Shown here: one piece after another, positions 51,770-64,000 of the stretch | Layout of the letters: each line of letters begins with the position of its first letter | How positions within the stretch are numbered: position 1 is the stretch's first letter | Source of the DNA: Squalus acanthias | Lineage: Eukaryota | Assembly (NCBI GenBank): GCA_030390025.1 | Contig: CM059427.1 | Span: forward strand, 48,422,001-48,486,000 | Reading direction: 5' to 3' | Length of the DNA: 64,000 nt | Program-made: the position numbers and the translations under genes | The notes under the pieces: generated by a model | What the model was told of the DNA's origin: nothing | Databases searched by the model: none | What the model saw: only the letters and a program-made list of their open reading frames with translations

Positions 51770-54350
51770 TTTCATAATCATGGGGGATTTCAGCTACCCC
51801 GAAATAAAGTAGCAGGGAAAGGGAGTGAAGGGGGAGATACGGATGGAGCTTTTATGGTGTGTTCAAAACTCCTTTCTGACCCAATGTACGAGAAGCCCAA
51901 CAAGGGAAGAAACACTGCTAAACCTAGTAATGGGAGCAGATAAGGGAAATAAGCATGGGATAACATCTAGGAAGAAGTGATCACAATATAATAATGATTA
52001 ATGGGGATATAGATAGTACAAAGACTAATGTAATAAATTGGGAAAAATGCAACTATGAGGGAATGACGGAGCTAAGGAAGGTAAACTGAAGAATAACATT
52101 GACAGACAAAGAAGTAGAACAATGGGCAATATTTAAAGGGGCTATCAATGGAGTTTAGGAAAAATATATTCCACTAAAAAAAATAAGATCAAACTAGGCA
52201 AGAATGAGATGCCATGAATAAATAAAGAGCTGTGATGATAAAGAAAAAGGTATACGCAAAGTGCATAAACAATAAAGAAGAGGATGGCAAAAAGGAATAT
52301 GATGAGCTTAGGACAGAGCTTAAAAAGACAATTAGGAAGGCAAAAAGGAAATATAAAATTAAAATAGTAAAGAATATAAAACAAAATACTAAAGTATTCT
52401 ATAGGCACATAAGTAACAAAAGGAAAATTAAGATAGGGATACGGCCATTAAGGGATGAACAAGATAAACTCATAGAAAATTATACTGAAATGGCAGAGAT
52501 ACTTAAAAGATACTTTGCCTTAGTTTTCAACAAAGAGTCTACCGGAGGTAATGACAACAGTAGAAGTCAAGAGGGATATTACAACAGTTAAGATAGAAAG
52601 AAAGGAGATATTATACAAACTAGCCAAACTTAAGGAGGACAAAACCCCGGGACCAGATGGACTGCACCCACGGATACTCAAAAGAAACTAGGGATACATA
52701 GCAGTGACATATATAAAGATTCAATAGAAAAAGTAATAGTGCCAGAGGACTGGCGAATGTAATTACTATCATCAAAGAGGGAGATAGAACTAATCCAGGG
52801 AACTATAGACAATGTACCCTCTAATTTTTTTTCTGTGCACGGTCCCTTTAACTCGTTGTGTGGCCCATTCAAATTTTCGCGCATGCGCGATTTATTCCAT
52901 GCTAAAGCCGGTGAGCGGCCTGCGCGGGACCTCCATGGCCATGCAGCTTAGCGGGAACGTTGACTATAGACCAGTTAGCTTAACATCAGTGGTAGGAAAG
53001 ATACTAGAATCTTTGCTAAAAGATCAGATAATAAAACATCTGGAGACGGAGAATATAATTTACAAAATATCAGCATGGATTTCGAAAAGGAACGTCATGT
53101 TTAACCAACCTTATTGAATTCTTTGAAGAATTAACAAAGACTAGACAAGGGCAATACAGTTGTTGTGGTATACATGGACTTTAAGAAGGCCTTCAATAGC
53201 GTTGCCACATAATAACTCATAACAAAAGCCAGGGTGTATGTAGTCAGGAGCCAGGTAGCAGAATGGATTGAAAGATGGCTAGAAAACAGATGGTACGATT
53301 TAAGGAAAGTTTCTTGGATTGGCAGTAAGTGGAAAGTGTTGCCACACAGGGAATCGTGCTGGGACCACTGTTGTTCACCATATACATAAATGATTGGAAC
53401 GCGGAAATTGGGGGTATGGTGTCAAAATTTGCAGTTAATACCAAATTGGGGAGTCTGGGTGGTGGGTAATAATGTGAAGAGCTACATCAAAATACAGGAA
53501 GACATAAACAGACTTGTAGAGTGAACGGTTTAATAGAAAATTAAATTCAATATAACAAAGTGTGCAGTAGTTGATTTTGGTAGGAGGAATAAGGAGGCCA
53601 TTTACACCTTGGAAGGTAAGACACTAAATGGGGTAGAGGAGCAAAGAGTGCTGGGAATACAAATACATAAATCATTAAAAGGAGCAACACAAGTTGATAA
53701 GTCCATAAAGAGTGCCAACTATGTTCATTACTAGAGGAATAGAATACAAATCAGGCAGTAATAAATTTTATATAGGACTTTGGTTACACCACACTTGGAG
53801 TACTGTATGCAGTTCTAGTCTCCATACTACAGAAAGGATATAGAAGCACTGAAGAAAGTGCAGAAAAAATTTACAAGGATGTTACCAGAATTGAGAGGCT
53901 CTAACTATTGGGAAAGATTAAGCAAGCTGGGGCTCTTATTCTCTGGAAAAGAGACTAAAAGGAGACCTAATTATAGGTGTTTCAAATTATGAATGGGTTT
54001 GATAGAGTGGATGCGAAGAAATTGTTTCCGCTTGTTCGAGTTCAGAACAAGGGGCATGAATATAAGGTAGCCACTGGCAGATGAAGTAAAGAATTTAGGA
54101 AGAATTTCTTTATACAGGGTGGTTAGAATGTGGAGCTAGCTGCCACATGGAGTGGTTGAAGCAGAGAGCACTGATGCATTTAAGAGAGGCTTAATGCGTA
54201 CATGACTGAGAAGGGAATAGAGGGATACAAGGGCATGGTGAAAAGAGGTCATTAGAGTGGGAGGAGGCTCGTGTGGAGTATAAACACTTGCATAGACCAT
54301 TTCGGCCAAATGGCTTGTTTCTGTGCTGTAGCTTCAATGTAATTCTATGA
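51770..54350 (+). mobile_element. Long degenerate CR1 LINE
   Basis: GDF endonuclease remnant, KTPGPDGLHPRIL, YRPVSLTSVVGK, CR1 3' tail. Confidence 0.8.
52810..52962. mobile_element. hAT-type MITE nested in CR1
   Basis: TIRs plus perfect 8-bp TSD actataga. Confidence 0.85.
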
Positions 54351-54662
54351 GAATTGCTAACACTTGACGTTATCCCTCAGCAGTCGAGGCCAAATGCTTT
54401 ATTGTAATAAATGATGTTACACCAGAACTTTTTTTTCTCTATAAAACAACATAATACTATATGTATAATAGTGTATGTATAATACTGTAAAAATGTATCT
54501 TCGCAACATCTGTTAAAACCAGTTTAACTTAAAAATAGAGTAAAATGAGGATGAGGAAGAAGTGCTTTTATAAATCAAATTATCTTTTAAAATTTTATAA
54601 ATAAACTTGGGTGAAAAGATTGCATCCTTTCATAAATTCTAATTTTTATTTTTATTTTCTAG

Positions 54663-54817
54663 GTGGAGTTTTCATGGTTATTATTTGCAGGATCAGTTCC
54701 AGTTTTTCTCTCTTTTTTCATTGTAACTCTTTTATGCCACTATAATAACTGGGATCCAGTAATGGTTGGCCTTAGGCGGATATTTGCATTTATATGCAGG
54801 AAGCATCGCATTCAGAG
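54663..54817 (+). CDS. SLC35F5: SLC35F5 coding exon
   Basis: tttctAG acceptor; [15 protein letters not shown]...[27 protein letters not shown]; GTACTG donor. Confidence 0.95.
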
Positions 54818-56150
54818 GTACTGCCTTTTTTATGGTCATGTATAGTGCAGATACTGATTTAAAATTGGAACTTGCTTAGAGCAATGTGGAGCCAGAAATG
54901 CTAAGTTATACTGTTGCAGTAGTCTTTCTATTTATACATGTTTTAGCTGTTAATGCTAGTAAAAAGTCAACAAATATGCTTTTTATTAACAATTAAAAAT
55001 GAAGTTACAAAGTTCTTGAGACACTTGGGAACTATTTAAAATTCACTTCATGCTACTACCAGGCGAGCAAGAAGTTTGGAGAAATTTCTTTACTCAAGAG
55101 GTTTGTTGGAGCATGGAATGCTTTGCCATAGAGAGTGGTGACACAGACTGCACTGCATTTTCTAAGGGTAAATTGGATACTTATTTGAAGCAGAGGAAGA
55201 TACAGAACTATGGGGAGAGTGCAAGGCAGTGGGATTGATTTTTGATTGCTCTAGCAAAGAGTCAGCACAGACATGATGGACTGAAGGGCATTTTTCTGTG
55301 CTGTAAACTTTTACGATTTTAAATTCCATTACGTTGCACCCGGTATGAAGCTTGCACTGCTTCTGCTAAATAAGATCCAGGCTCAGCAGTTAGCTTCATG
55401 ATCAGTAGGTACTGGATTCAGGCTGCTCAAACTCCTTTCATTTAGGGCCCTTACAGCCAGCAGACAGATGAAATTCTCATGAAATTTAAGTCCAAGCCTG
55501 GAAGGTTAACAGCCATTGTCTTATCCACAGCACCATCCAATCCCGTTATAACTACCCTCTTATCAGAAGCACTTGAGACGCATCCCTGATTAGTCACGTT
55601 GGTAACATAGGCTGGAAATTTTCAGTGAATAGTCCATAACTGCGCCCATACCTTCGTCTCATTTCACCTTTAAATTTAAAAGAAAAAGTCGCATATCAGT
55701 CAGTTATATCCACGTCCTCAGGCTGCCTGTTACTTTTCATATTTGGGATAATACTAAACTATTTTCAGCTAGGCCACTAGGTGGTGTATTTTTACTGGGG
55801 GTTGGAAGAACAAAATGAGATGGTTCGCTCGCTGTATTACAGTTATTCTTCTGTAAACTAAAAAGGTAGTGGAAATCATAGTGAAGTCATTCATCTAGAC
55901 CATCCTCTAGATGAAGGAAAAATGTGTAAAGTCCTGTGTCTCGAGATGGGATTGTGAATAGTTTTACTTTTCGAAATAATATAACCGGCAATGCATTTAT
56001 TAAACTACACATTGCTCCAGAGTGGATTAAGGAAGTGTTGTTTAATAAAATGTTATGTTTAGACCGTTGAAGGAAAAGATAACTGTAAGGTTAAGTGCAC
56101 TTGCACCTAGATCTATAATTTTTTTCCTCCCAAACATTAATCGCACAATT

Positions 56151-56155
<5 letters not shown>

Positions 56156-56184
<29 letters not shown>
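56156..56184. repeat. (TA)n microsatellite
   Basis: Uninterrupted TA run. Confidence 0.9.
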
Positions 56185-56188
<4 letters not shown>

Positions 56189-56546
56189 AAATAAATCAAT
56201 AAAGGGAATGTATTCCCATGATGTCAGCCAGAGGGTTTGTTACCATTGCTGTAGATGTGTTTGGTCTATTTGCAGCATGATTTTGAATTTTTTTAAATTT
56301 AAACTATCTCCTCTAAAGTAAAAACCTTGCTGGAAGTGTTAATTTCTCTACTTCTGCCAGCAAAGTCCTTGAAGGGATACATGGAAGAGCTTTAAAATAT
56401 GATTATATTTAGATTAAATCATCAAATAAGAAAAACTGTATATTTTTACAGCTCCCCTAATAGTGTGTAAAGGCATCACCTGGTTTAGTATGAAGCCATA
56501 AAGGCTGGAACATTCCAGATTTCATTCCTGCCTTGTACTGATTTTA

Positions 56547-56998
56547 GGGTTGCCAACAATGTTCCCTGTAAGCTGTGCTTTGTTCTGTTTCTTTTAGTGT
56601 GCGGTCCCTTTAAATTTCTGCAGTATTTACAATGTAAAAGCCGGTGAGCGGCCTGCACAGGACCTTGCAGAAGACTGTGCGGCTGCCAGAACATTGGTTG
56701 CCAACCCTCCAGGATTGTCCTGGAGTTTCCAGGAATTGTAGATTAATCTCCAGGACACTGCTGCAAGCATCCCGGGCAAACAAAATCATAGGAGCATTAT
56801 AAAAAATGTGTATTTAAAAAAAAAAAAAAAAATGTTTTGAATACTTTAATATATTCGTTATAAAAATATTGGAAATGAGAAAAAAGTCTAACAGTCAAGA
56901 ATCAGGTAATAGAGTCTGTTCACTTTCTAATTGGTGTGGAAAGTCAGGAGGTCAAGTGATTAAACTCCAGGAATAAGTCACACAAGAGTTGGCAACCT
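56547..56998. mobile_element. Non-autonomous DNA transposon (GGGTTGCCAAC TIR) with a hAT MITE (56557-56696) inserted in its left TIR
   Basis: gggttgccaac / gttggcaacc termini; inner MITE flanked by the 8-bp TSD gttgccaa. Confidence 0.7.
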
Positions 56999-57900
56999 TA
57001 ACTGATTTATCTGGAATAGCAACTAGTTGCTACATTTGGCCTGGGATAGAGAGAGGATAAACTAGCCAGCAAGAGCTCTTTCTCCCTTTTGCTATCCAGT
57101 GACCTTGTAACAACGTGTGCATGTGGATGTTGGGTAATTGGGTTTGGCTGTGATGCCCTCCATAGTCAAATAGTTTATTGACACTCACTATCTAGGCTCA
57201 GACATGAAGAAATGTTGGAGAGCTGCCAGTGGAAGCATATCCCAGCAAAGGTCGGTGCCTTCAAAAGAAAGAGAATTAAAAGGAATTGTGGAAAATCCTA
57301 AATATCATAAGGAGAGACAACCGTATACTTAGTCACTTATGTTGCTCTCTTTTATGCCTTAGAACTGCTGGTTAGAGGCAACATAGAAGCAGGTATACTC
57401 CAGGATGGGCCATCAAATTTTAGACCGAGCTGTCTCTTCATGATGATGTCAATAGAGAAAAACCTCATAATGATACAGAAGGGAGTAGTTCTGTACTGAA
57501 CATCTGCCTCTAAATAACTGTTCTAAAGTATAAAATGGGGTGACTAAGAGACACCAATAAGTGTAGTTTTCTTCTTTTAGCATTTAGGTTTGTGGGGCAA
57601 TTCAGTAAAATGTATTTTCCTTTGAAGTAATTTAAAATTGCAATACTTCTAGAGTTAGCTTCATAAGCAAATGTTCCATCACTAATCATAACCTGAAACT
57701 GCAAATATATAAAGGTGTATTTTAGTGCCTAATATGCCATTGTAATTCAAGATTGAATTTATTTTCTTTTTATGCCTACCATAGAACCAAACATCATTTT
57801 TATTTTGTCACTGCTGTGTTTCAAATTTCAAATGTCTTTCTCATATTCTGTTCCACAAGGAGTAATCAACTAATGAATAAATGAGTATAACCTCTTTCAG

Positions 57901-57985
57901 AACTCCAGAGGACAGCGAGCAGTGTGAAAGCCTGATTCCTATGCATGGTGTATCTCAGGAGGAAGGAACTAATTGCTGTTCATGA
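57901..57985 (+). CDS. SLC35F5: SLC35F5 last coding exon
   Basis: ctttcAG acceptor; (R)[27 protein letters not shown]-stop; probable donor AG/GTATAA at 57993. Confidence 0.93.
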
Positions 57986-58122
57986 AGAACAGGTATAAGA
58001 TTGTTGTGTGTTAATGGGGATTTACCATTTGCAAGATTGGTAACTAGCTGCATGTATGAAAATCCATTACATTTTCTGTGCAAAACCCCACATTGTGTAA
58101 CCATGAAAGATGTGTAACCATA

Positions 58123-59557
58123 ACCACTATTCAAAAAAGGTGGTAGAGAGAAAACAGGGAATTATAAGCCTGACATCGGTAGTGGGGAAAATGCTAGAGT
58201 CCATTATAAAAGATGTAATAGCAGAGCACTTGGAAAACAGTGACAGGATCGGACAGAGTCAACATGGATTTACAAAAGGTAAATCATGCTTGACTAATCT
58301 ACTGGAATTTTTTGAGGATGTAACTGGTAGAATAGATAAGGGAGAACCAGTGGATGTGGTGTATTTGGACTTTCAGAAGGCTTTCGATAAGGTCCCGCAT
58401 AAGAGATTAGCGTGTAAAGTTAAGGCACATGGGATTGGGGGCAAGGTATTGACTTGGATAAAGAACTGGTTGACAGACAGAAAGCAAAGAGTTGGAATAA
58501 ATGGGTCTTTTTCCAAGTGGCAGGCAGTGACTAGTGGTGTACCGCAGGGATCGGTCCTAGGACCCCAGCTATTCACAATATATATTAATGATCTAGACGA
58601 GGGAATTGGATGTAATATCTCCAAGTTTGCAGACGACACAAAGCTGGGTGGGAGTGTGTGCCGTGAGGAGGATGCCAAGAAACTCCAGTATGATTTGGAC
58701 AGGTTGGGTGATTGGGCAGAAGCATGGCAGATGCAATATAATGTGGATAAATGCGAGGTTATCCACTTTGGTGTCAAAAACAGGAAGGCAGATTATTATC
58801 TGAATAGCAATAGATTGGGAGAAGGGAAAGTGCAATGAGACCTGGGTGTCCTTGTGCACCAGTCACTGAAGGTAAGCATGCAGGTGCAGCAGGCGGTTAA
58901 GAAGGCAAATGGTATGTTGGCCTTCGTAGCGAAAGGGTTCGAGTACAGGAACAAGGATGTCTTGCTGCAGTTGTACAGGGCCTTGGTGAGACCACATCTT
59001 GAGTATTGTGTGCAGTTTTGGTCGCCTTATCTGAGGAAAGATGTTCTTGCCATGGAGGGAGTGCAGCAAAGATTCACCAGGCTGATACCTGGGATGGCAG
59101 GAATGACATATGAGGAGAGATTGGGTCGATTGGGCTTATACTCGCTGGAGTTTAGAAGAATGAGAGGGGATCTCATTGAAACTTATAAAATTCTAACAGG
59201 ACTGGACAGACTAGATGCAGGAAGGATGTTCCCGATGGCCGGGGAGTCCAGAACCAGGGGTCACAGTCTAAGGATAAGGGGTAAGCCATTTAGGACTGAG
59301 ATGAGGAGGAATTTCTTCACCCAGAGAGTGGTGAACCTGTGGAATTCTCTACCACAGAAGGCAGTAGAGGCCAATTTATTAAATATGTTCAAGAAGGAGT
59401 TAGATATATTTCTTAAAGCTAAAGGGATCAAGGGATATGGAGCGAAGGCAGGGACAGAGTACTGAATTTGGATGATCAGCCATGATCTCATTGAATGGCG
59501 GAGCAGGCTCGAGGGGCTGAATGGCCTGCTCCTGCTCCTATCTTCTATGTTTCTATG
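58123..59557 (+). mobile_element. Young 5'-truncated CR1 LINE
   Basis: Long RT frames (YLDFQKAFDKVPH, KFADDTKLGG) and tail ending tctatgtttctatg. Confidence 0.92.
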
Positions 59558-59979
59558 TTACCTCAGGCAGATTAGCCCCATCCACTTTAAAACTGAAAAT
59601 CTCCTGGTTGAATGCATATTGATGTTTTTGAACTTGCTTTCTTCTACACATTTGTGCAGACGTGAAGCTGCATTTTAAAATGACAATAGCTGTTAGAAGA
59701 GGCTTAAGACAGCTGTGGATTTCACCTATCTCTGATGCTCTTTGTAGTGTAGTCAGATTTAAACCACGATAAATATGTCACTTTAAAAGTAATTATATTT
59801 TAAGCCAGCTGTAATTCTGGTCAATCAGTGTTTTGGAATGTTATGAATATATTACAGCCATTAAAGAAATACACTGTAGCATTGTTGTATATTATATACC
59901 ATACTTCATATCAGTTAACCTATCCACTCATTTGCTGATAATTCAACACTACATTCGTCAACTTCCTTCAGATCCAATG

Positions 59980-60900
59980 TCCTCGGTGTACACAACCCCA
60001 GCCCTCTAAATCACTGCATCTTGATTTCCTCCATGCCCTTCAATAGGGCAATAAAAATCTTTCAGTCCCTTCCTTCTAGTTTACAGTTTCTTCATGCTTC
60101 TTGAAAGTTTGCTGAGCCATGCCTCAGCTCACCTGCTGCTGAAACCCTCATCCATGCCTTTGTTAGCTCTAAACTCGACTATTCCAACGCTCTCCTGGCC
60201 AACTTCCCACCTTGCGCCCTCCGCAAACTTGAGCTCATCCAAAACTCTGCTGCCCGTATCCTAACTCGCACCAAGATCCATTCATCCAGCACCAACGTTC
60301 CCTTTAAGCTGCGCAGCACTCTGCAGCTCCCACACCGCGCTCTACAGCTCCCGCGCAGCCAGCTCGCCGGCTTTTAAATAGGAAAAACCCGCGCATGCGC
60401 GGTATTTTGAATGGGCTGCACAGCCCCTTAAAGGGGCCGTGCACCCCAAAAAAATTAAAGGGAACATTGCCCATCACCCCTGTCTTCTCTGACCTACGTT
60501 TGTAACACCTGGATTTTTAAATTCTTTATCCTTGTTTTCAGATCCCTCCATGGCCTCTCTCCTCCCTATCTCTGTAACCTCCTCCAGCCCTACAACCCTC
60601 CGAGATCTCTGCGCTCCTCCAATTCTGGCCTCTTGCGCATCCCTGATTTTAATCGCTCTACCATATGTGACCGTGCTTTCAGCTGCCTAGGCCCTAAGCT
60701 CTGGAATTCCCTCCCTAATCCTCTCGGCCTCTCCTCCTCCTTTAAGACGCTCCTTATAACCTACTGCTGTGACCAAGCTCCTGTCCTAGTATAGAGATAT
60801 CCTTATGTGGCTCGGTGTCAAATTTTATTTGATAACGCTGCTGTGGAACACCTTGGGACATTTTACCACGTTAAAGGTGTGTTATAAATGCAAGTTGTTG
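59980..60900 (+). mobile_element. L2 LINE 3' fragment with a nested hAT MITE (60293-60469)
   Basis: AETLIHAFVSSKLDYSNALL and L2-type tail ataaatgcaagttgttgttg; MITE TIRs caacgttccc / gggaacattg. Confidence 0.8.
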
Positions 60901-61117
60901 TTGCCTAGTCACCTTTAATTGCGTCACCTTTAGTTCTCCTTCACCTATTGACATTTTTGCAACACTAACTCAAATGGAAATAGTACATCTCCTCTGTTGC
61001 TGCAGCTTCCTTAGAGAAGCTCAGTTTTCTCTGCCAAATACTTGTTTTCCCCACAGTAATGTTAAATTCTCAATAAAGCCCTATTACTTCCATATCTAGA
61101 GAGGCATTTTTAATATA

Positions 61118-61449
61118 CAGGAAACTTTCGTTTATCCGGCACCGACGGGACCGGCGTGGTGCCGGTTGATCGAAAGTGCCGGATTACAGAGAGGTATACT
61201 TACCAAGGTACGAGAGCCCCGTACACGGCCACAGGCTTAACAATTGGGACCCGGAGAGGGAAAGTAAACGAGATTCCGGCTTTTTCCTCCGTGGCGGCGA
61301 CAGGTCCGAGTCGGAAGAACGTTGACCCCCCTTTCGTGGGGGCGAAAGGTCAGAATCGGGGTCTTGTCTGTATAATAAAACTTACCTCATTTTTGCCGGT
61401 TAAGCGAGAATTCCGGATATTTGGGTGCCAGATAAACGAAAGTTTCCTG
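61118..61449. mobile_element. Tc1/mariner-pogo type MITE
   Basis: About 26-bp TIRs caggaaactttcgtttatccggcacc; TA TSD. Confidence 0.85.
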
Positions 61450-61539
61450 TATCTCTCACAGTCTTGGACAAAGTGAAATGAAAGGTTTGCAATGTTATAG
61501 GCAATCACTCCTTCACTTTCAGCCTCCTCCCACACAATT

Positions 61540-62025
61540 CATAGACTAGTACAGCACAGAAGGAGGCCCATCGAGTCTGCGCCGGCTCTTTCGAAGAGCA
61601 ATCCAGTTAGTCCCACTCCCCCGCTCTTTCCCCATTTTCCTGCAATTTTTTTCTCCTTCAAGTATTTATCCAATTCCCTTTTGAAGGCTAGTGTTGAATC
61701 TGTATCCACCACCCTATCAGACAGTGCATTCCAAATCCTAACCACTCGTTGTATAAAAAAGCTTTTCCTCATGTCGCCTCTGGTTCTTTTACTAATCACC
61801 TTAAATCTGTGCCCTCTCATTATCGAACCTTCAGCCATTAGAAACAGTTTCTCTTTATTTACTCTATCTAAATCCTTCATGATTTTAAAAACCTCCATCA
61901 AATCTCCTCTTAGCTTTCTCTGCTCCAAGGAGAACAACCCCAGCTTCTCTAGTCTATCCACGTAACTGAAGCCCCTCATCCCTGGAACCATTCTTGTAAA
62001 TCTCTTCTGTACTCTCTCCAAAGCA
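61540..62025 (-). mobile_element. CR1 LINE 3' end
   Basis: ERVQKRFTRMVPG...RGDLMEVFKIM on the minus strand. Confidence 0.88.
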
Positions 62026-62863
62026 ATTATATCCTCTCTCTCTCTTTGATTGACAATAGTATGGTCAGTGTTCCTTTGAAGTTTCTTTTCTTATTTCATC
62101 TCTTACCCTGCCTGCACTAGCTCCTTCCAGCATTTAAAATGATGAGTCATTGTAAAGCCTCTACTCTAACTTATTCTTTCTTAAAACCTCAGAATTGGAA
62201 ATCCTTCTCGTCGTCACTCTTCCTTCTAACTACTGTCTTCAACGTATTAACAACTGAGCTTGACATTGTCTTACTAGTACTTCCTGATTTACCTCAATTT
62301 TCTCCTCTACCCTTTTGAACCTTGGTGATGCCCTCCACTATGAGTCTTGGCCTTCGCCTTGGTTTCTCAGTAATATTTTTAAAGTCCTTGTATTGCTGTG
62401 ATGACAACACAACACATTTTGTGATTATTGCAGCACATAGCACTGAGATACTGAAATCACTCACAAGATAGAAATGGAACATATAACTTATTATTTTTGG
62501 GACAGTTCTATGTAAGTGATAAGTCAACCTATCCTAATTTACACTTGCACAGCTCACTGTATTTGTATCTGCTTGTTTTGTTCAAGCACCATTTTCAAGA
62601 CCTTCTGTTGGCCTCTGTTCCATTACAAGCTGATAATGCATATTAAAAGCCCCCAAAATCTGAAGCCTCTATACTAATATGTTTTGAGCTGGTGCTGATC
62701 TGTTTTAATTGCAAGATACTTATGGTGTGTATTTACGGTTCTTCAAAGTACTGTGCAAAAATTATTGATATACTATGAATATAAATTAGCATGAGCATCT
62801 GATTTTTAAGGTTCGAGAAAAGAAATTCAACTGATGAGTTTTTTTTTTTGGTTTTGTCCCCAG

Positions 62864-64000
62864 ACCGAAGATGAATCCGTAGAGTACTTTTGCGCTCAGA
62901 CAATCTCCTGAAGTTCTGACGAACCCTTATTCTTTCAGTGCCTGTTCAAATGTCTTATCCACAAAGTTTCAAATCACTTAAGACCCTGCATACATTTATA
63001 AACACCATATGTTGGAAACATCTGTGGATTACAAAAAATAGCAGAATGACTTTCATATCACTAAAGATTGTTGTGGAAAACTCAGCTTTCAATACAACCT
63101 ATCTGCCTTACTGAATGTATCGAACCTTCAAACACAACTTGAAAATTGAACACTATTTTGTGAATGTGAGGATAAACTTGATTCTGTTTCTGGATCATAG
63201 TTCTGTCTAGGTTTTTGGAACATGCTAGCCAATGTCAAGACTGAAGAGGTGTATCTAAAGTAGGACATGTTGAATCAGTAATACTATATTGACTCTTCTA
63301 AGAAAAAAAGGGAAAATCATTTTGAATGAGAACCAGTCCAATTTTAGTATTGTGTATGCATCATATTAATCTAACCAGGAGGAAAAATCAAATGAGTGTT
63401 CAGAGAAGCAAATGGAACTTACGGCTTTGAAACACAGTTCAAAGGACAATGTTGCTAAGGTATTTTGAATTACCTGGTTAAACAGTGGACACACTACATA
63501 ATCTGTGTTTTCTTTAAAGACTGATTCAGATTTCAGTATTCTTAGTACTATAAGTTTCAAAGTGAATATATCTCTGATTTCTATTAAAACTTCTGTTAAG
63601 ATGAATTGGAATAAATAAGATTTTTCCATACATGTTTAATTCCAGGAGTTGGTGGTTTCAAAACGTGTACAGAAACCGCATTTTTATTGTCCATGAGAAG
63701 TTATAGTTTCTGCGTTCTTGTACCAGTCATATACATTTCAATAATGTATTTTTATTATGGTGCTTCTACAATTATGTACACCATATGTGTCCGTGATTCT
63801 CAGGAACCCAGTACAGTCAAATCAGCAGTCCCATTTTTCTACCAGATCATGTAAATTTACTGATGTACTGAGAGGCTGTTTTTTTAAAAAAATCTGTCAG
63901 TCCTCCATTTTTGGTTGGAGTGTTGTACTTAATTACTAGAAGATCAGATTTTTATAGCCTGCTTTAAAAAGAAATCAGGCAATCAAATGATACTGTATTT
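62864..64000 (+). other. SLC35F5: Probable SLC35F5 non-coding terminal exon (3' UTR)
   Basis: Strong acceptor ttttttttttggttttgtccccAG; repeat-free AT-rich sequence; AATAAA near 63610. Confidence 0.5.

Noticed and set aside
58110-59465. Functional reverse transcriptase gene
   Set aside because: 5'-truncated CR1 with an in-frame stop at 58836-58838 and no endonuclease

Overview
Vertebrate genomic DNA, almost certainly from a cartilaginous fish (HE1/V-SINEs, DeuSINEs, shark-type CR1 and Penelope repeats). The + strand carries the 3' part of SLC35F5: nine coding exons with GT-AG boundaries and consistent phases, a stop at 57983-57985, and a probable non-coding last exon from about 62864. The introns are packed with transposons. 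The main accessory feature is a complete but decayed 12.2-kb provirus on the minus strand (2845-15042). It has a GTAC target-site duplication, 1.1-kb LTRs, a tRNA-Arg primer-binding site, gag and pol in frame across a TGA, a tether plus a second RNase H, and an integrase. Its env is atypical: a putative N-terminal Ig-like domain, an early furin site, and a long Cys-rich fusion subunit like the pneumo/paramyxo-F-related Env of lokiretroviruses. Several Penelope-derived inserts carry hammerhead ribozyme cores, one apparently intact and one in a perfect 83-bp-arm palindrome. All family assignments come from reading motifs by eye; no database searches were run.
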